This document shows positions 58,282 through 64,000 of a DNA stretch of 64,000 bases, one piece after another; the stretch's first letter is position 1, and each line of letters opens with the position of its first letter. Source of the stretch: the human T2T-CHM13v2.0 reference genome, Homo sapiens. The position numbers were made by a program, and so were the translations under genes. The stretch lies in NCBI RefSeq assembly GCF_009914755.1, contig NC_060944.1. The stretch is one strand, 5' to 3'. The notes beneath the pieces were generated by a model. That model saw only the letters and a list, made by a program, of their open reading frames with translations. It ran no database searches and was not told where the DNA came from.

Positions 58282-58334
58282 GTTATTGTCATTAAAGAAA
58301 AAAAAAGCAGGGTGGCAGGAAGAGCTGGTCTAGA

Positions 58335-58646
58335 TTTTATTTTTATTTATTATTATTTTTTGAGAGAGAGTCTTGCTCTGTCACCCAGGCTGGAGTGCAG
58401 TGGCGTGACCTTGGCTCATTGCAACCTCTGCCTTCCAGGTTCAAGTAATTCTCCTGCCTCAGCCTCCTGAGTAGCTGGGACTATAGGCGTGCCCACCATG
58501 CCCAGCTAACTTTTGTATTTTTAGTAGAGATGGGGTTTCACTATGTTGGCCAGGCTGATCTCGAACTCCCGACCTCAGGTGATCCTCTTGCCTTGGCCTC
58601 CCAAAGTGCTGGGATTACAGACGTGAGCCACTATGCCCCGCCTGGT
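58335..58646 (-). mobile_element. Alu (AluSx)
   Basis: TSD CTGGTCTAGATTTTA. Confidence 0.95.
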
Positions 58647-58671
58647 CTAGATTTTAAAAGAGATACAGGAC

Positions 58672-58982
<311 letters not shown>

Positions 58983-59310
58983 CAGGACATGTAACAACCA
59001 CATGCAACGTGTGGGCCTTGATTAGATCCTGCTTTGAATAAACCAGCTGTAAAAGATATTTCTGGGAAAAATGCAGTTGTTTGAAAAAGTCCTCCCTATT
59101 GTTTTGGAGATACAGCCTGAGAGATCTAGTGACAAACATTCATAAAGTCTATAATGTGAAATCTTCAAGGGAAAAATAAATGATTAATGAAGCAAATACG
59201 GCAGCATGTGAACCATGATCCTATCTAGGCAATGGGTGCATGCATAGAGATAGAAACTGCTGTCTGTGCTTTTCTACATGCTTGAGAATTTTCATAATAA
59301 AAAGTGAAAA
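58983..59310 (+). mobile_element. L1MC/ME-like 3' fragment
   Basis: gacatgtaacaaccacatgcaacgtgtgggccttgattagatcctg...aattttcataataaaaag. Confidence 0.65.
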
Positions 59311-59780
59311 TAGAACACAGAACACTCAGGAGCTTAGGATAAGCATTTACTGTATGTACTTAATATAGTCATCTGTATTATAAATGAGAGTGATTAGAAG
59401 ATAACAGGAATATTTTGAGGAGAAAAAAAGGGCATGAGGAATGTCATCTTCCCATCTTCTTACCAGTGTTTCTCTGTGACTCTGAGGATGACCTCATGTG
59501 GAGATAATGTCAAAAGTCCACATTTTAGACCCTGCATCTGAAGACAGGGTCAAATGGCTTCCTTGATCTCCCTGTGATAGGATGGGGTGGCTATTGTCTT
59601 TTTCTTCCTTCATTTTGCCCTCCCGGTGATTCTATCAAAACTGAGATATTAGAATGACCCGACGGGCCCACCCAGCTTCTTATAAGCACTCTGTTTACTT
59701 TCCAAAATGGAAGAGAGAAGGTGACTTTGGAGATAAGGAAAGAAGCTGATTAACCAGTTAAACCATTTCTGTTAGTTCAG

Positions 59781-59849
59781 TGATCAAATTTCACTGTATT
59801 ATTTCCAATGTGAATAGTTAACTTCCCGGTGCAGTCATATATAAAGAAG
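59781..59849 (+). other. candidate 69-nt non-coding exon
   Basis: catttctgttagttcAG acceptor; perfect AAG|GTAAGT donor. Confidence 0.2.
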
Positions 59850-60561
59850 GTAAGTTCAGATAGTAAATGACCATAGTTATATTCCCCTAGCCAGCTCCCC
59901 ACCCCTCTCTGATCAGAAATCAGTTTCCTGATTGCCCTCTGAAACTTAGTATTAGAATCTAGAAGACACTGTTGGCCACAAACGCACGTCACAGTAGCAA
60001 ACGCTGGATTAATTTTATTTTTGATGAAGGAATTCCTGAAGAACCAAAGTGCATGGATGCAACGTTTTGCAGCCTTCTGCACAGTGAAATACCTTAGCAT
60101 AGCATCAAACCACGGCAGCTTGTCACTCAGATCTGGGATTCATGGTTATCTGGAACTGACTCAGATCCCAAAATGCAAACAGTATTTTGAAACACCAAAA
60201 AATTCCAAAAAGCTTTTAAGATAGGTCCCATTCTCAAACTCACTCAAACTCATCTACGGAGAAAAGAATCCATGGCTACGGGAGCTGACAACAAAATTAA
60301 TTGCTTTCAATTTTTATAAAAGTTCTCAAGGAACTTCAAGAGCTGATGCAGGTGGGTGGAATTAAACATTAGCAAGAAGAGCTATATTGATTAAAAATTT
60401 AAATGTCTGACCTATCTCTTTATCTGGTTTCAGTGGGCTGGCAGGGCGGCTCTGTCAATCAAGATAGACCTAACATAACAATAACATTTATAAACACATA
60501 AAAATTCATAGAATGCACGTCTACACTTTTCTCTGTAGAATTAAAAAAAAAAATTCAATGA

Positions 60562-60850
<289 letters not shown>

Positions 60851-61059
60851 TGAATTTGTTTTTTAAGGGACACAAGGAAAGTTAATAGTTACTAGCCTAA
60901 TATTGCATTCCCTGCATATGAAATCTTTATTCTGCTAATGTAAAATTCAAACATAGCAGAAGCAGAAGGAAAATCATGTCATAGAAGCAATTCTTTCAGC
61001 ACAGTTAAAAGTTGGGAATCAATGAATACTGCAGACTCCTGCCATGTAGCAGTTAATAC

Positions 61060-61260
61060 CAGAGGGTGGCAAACTGAGGCCCTCGGGCCAATTCTGTCTT
61101 TGCAAATAAAGTTTCCCCGAGAAACAGGCAAGCCCATTTCCCTATGGATTGTCTGTGGGGGCTTTTGTGCTGCAAAGACAGAGTTGAGTAGTTTAGGCAA
61201 AGACCACTTGATCTGTAACGCCTCACGTATTTACTATCTGGCCTTTACTAAAAACTGTGT
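61060..61260. mobile_element. MER58A
   Basis: cagagggtggcaaac...gcaaataaagttt...gacagagttgagtagtt...tttactatctggcctttac. Confidence 0.8.
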
Positions 61261-61269
61261 TAATAACAT

Positions 61270-61402
61270 GAATGTTGGAGTCAGGCAGGTCCAGATTGAG
61301 GATCCAGCTCTGTTCAGCTGTATGTCCTTGAGCACATTCCTTAAGATTTTCAAATCTCAGTCTTCCTACCTATTAAATGGGAGTAATAAGAAAAATAATA
61401 GC
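61270..61402 (+). mobile_element. MIR
   Basis: ggagtcaggcagg...agctgtatgtccttgagca...aaatgggagtaataa. Confidence 0.7.
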
Positions 61403-61487
61403 TAAATTTACTGAATGTTTACAATGTGCCCAGCACTGTTCAAGGTGCTTTGAATGCAGTAACTCATTTAAACTCACAGCAACCCTA

Positions 61488-62097
<610 letters not shown>

Positions 62098-62299
62098 GAT
62101 ATTACTGTGCTTGTCCCCATTTTAAAGGTGAGGAGACAGGCTCAGAGAGCTGAAGTAACTTATCTAGAGTCCCACAGCCAGGAAGTGGTAGAGCTACAAC
62201 CTCATCTGGTAATTATAAGTGTAAAGTGAGATTAGGCCTGCAGGAAACATGCTTTAACTGGTGCTTGTAATATAGCAAGCTTTCAAAAAATTAGATCTG

Positions 62300-62443
62300 T
62301 TTGCACGTGGTGGTGCATGCCTGCAGTCTCAGCTACACTGGAGGATTGCTTGAGCCCAGGGGTTTGAGGCTGCAATGCGCTATGATCACACTGGGCAACA
62401 TGGCAAGACCCCATCTCTAAAAAAGTAAAAAGAAACAAAATAA
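62300..62443 (+). mobile_element. FRAM/FAM-like monomer
   Basis: ggaggattgcttgagcccagg...gcgctatgatc. Confidence 0.8.
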
Positions 62444-62983
62444 ATTATATCTGTTGCTATTACTAATTTGGAACATAAGCCATCAGAAATTAATAAATGA
62501 ATGGGAACCTGAGCTGACCCTTCAAATCTTGACTTCATAGCATGTTTATTTAACTGACATCTTCAGGGGGGCAGCTACCATGTCAAAATGGTGTTTGTTG
62601 TTCTGGGGAAGGTGATAGATTACGCAGAGTTTGCTTTCCTTGGTCTCTGGATTAATTGTCAGTTTTTTAAACAGGATTTTGACACGCTAAGATCTCCCAG
62701 AAAGTATGCCATTAAACTGAAGAAGAAGAAAAACAAGAAACCTCATAGAGGTGAGACTAGAAGCTGAGTGTGTACATTTTACCACCGCAGTTTGCTGGTC
62801 ACTTATGGTCAGTTGGTTCACATACAAACCACAACAAACACATGCATATAATGAAATAAATTGGCTTCTTGAACCGTTTTACTTTCTTTATAACTTAAAA
62901 ATACATAAGTCGCATGTTGTTGGAGAAAGTGCAGATATAAACAACAGGAAATAGAAAAATAATCACCCATAATCCTACCTTGA

Positions 62984-63291
<308 letters not shown>

Positions 63292-63380
63292 GAAATAACC
63301 ATCTTTAACCCACGCTGGGGATCTAGTTTTGTTTAAATATGGGTTTTGTTTTGTTTGTTTGTTTGTTTCCTCCACTGCAG

Positions 63381-63426
63381 GAATGGTTTCAATGGATCAC
63401 AATGTAAAGCATTTAAATAAATGATG
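63381..63426 (+). other. candidate exon start
   Basis: (TTTG)n-tcctccactgcAG acceptor; weak ATG|GTAACT donor. Confidence 0.2.
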
Positions 63427-64000
63427 GTAACTCACTGGAAACAGTGATGATCCGAGAGGCAGACTGAGAGATCTCCAGCCTCTATGTTGTATATTTCTGG
63501 ACTCTTTCACCAAAACTACTTTTTTTCACCAAGTCTAACTCTGTTTAAGATGAGAAAAAAACCTAATAAGGATCCATTTTTGAGTTAAAAATGTAATGAT
63601 TAGAATGAATTTGGAGCAAATATTTAAATTGCCAATATCAGTTCCAAATGTCTTTCTTTAATCGGCAGAGCAGTCCACATACACGTTTGAGTATGTATTT
63701 TCATGGACATCTGGAAAGACCTGTCATTAGCTAAGTATCCCCCAATGAGATGGAGCAGTCAGATGGTGTCCACGTGCCTCTAAAACAACTTGTCAATTCA
63801 ATAAGAAAAAAAAAAAAATCCCAATCCAACCATGCAGTCAATTTAGGGTCAAATTATCAGTCAACCATTTGTCATGTAATCCAAACAAATGGTCACCTAA
63901 GTAAATCTACATTTTAATTAGTTATGCTTATATCACATAGATACTGTCAGGCAAGACTTTCGGTAGCAAAACAAAAGACCATGAAATTTGCAAGGAGGTA

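Overview
Primate (very likely human) non-coding genomic DNA, extremely Alu-dense: about 95 Alu/FLAM/FRAM pieces counted by eye, roughly 40-45% of the window. They are interleaved with old L1M, L2, MIR, hAT-Charlie (MER1B/3/5/20/58/102), Tc-Mariner (MADE1, Tigger3, MER82) and MaLR LTR fragments. I find no credible protein-coding exon, CpG island, tRNA, rRNA or CRISPR array. The ORF track is Alu-, L1- or simple-repeat-derived, or short unrecognisable ORFs. The two clearest non-TE features are snRNA retrocopies 2.6 kb apart: a U6 pseudogene (43708-43808, 11-bp TSD, inserted in an L2 tail) and a U7 pseudogene (46386-46447, A-rich tail). Also worth checking are several splice-site-bounded candidate exons (including a 15-nt microexon at 1440-1454), repeat-free enhancer-like islands (about 1.75-2.05, 30.7-31.2, 51.7-52.5 and 59.6-60.5 kb), and template-switch, duplication and nesting scars in the repeats. 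I see no evidence for a novel multi-gene system and cannot name the locus from sequence alone. Repeat boundaries and subfamily labels are by-eye calls from remembered consensus sequences and may be off by 10-30 nt.
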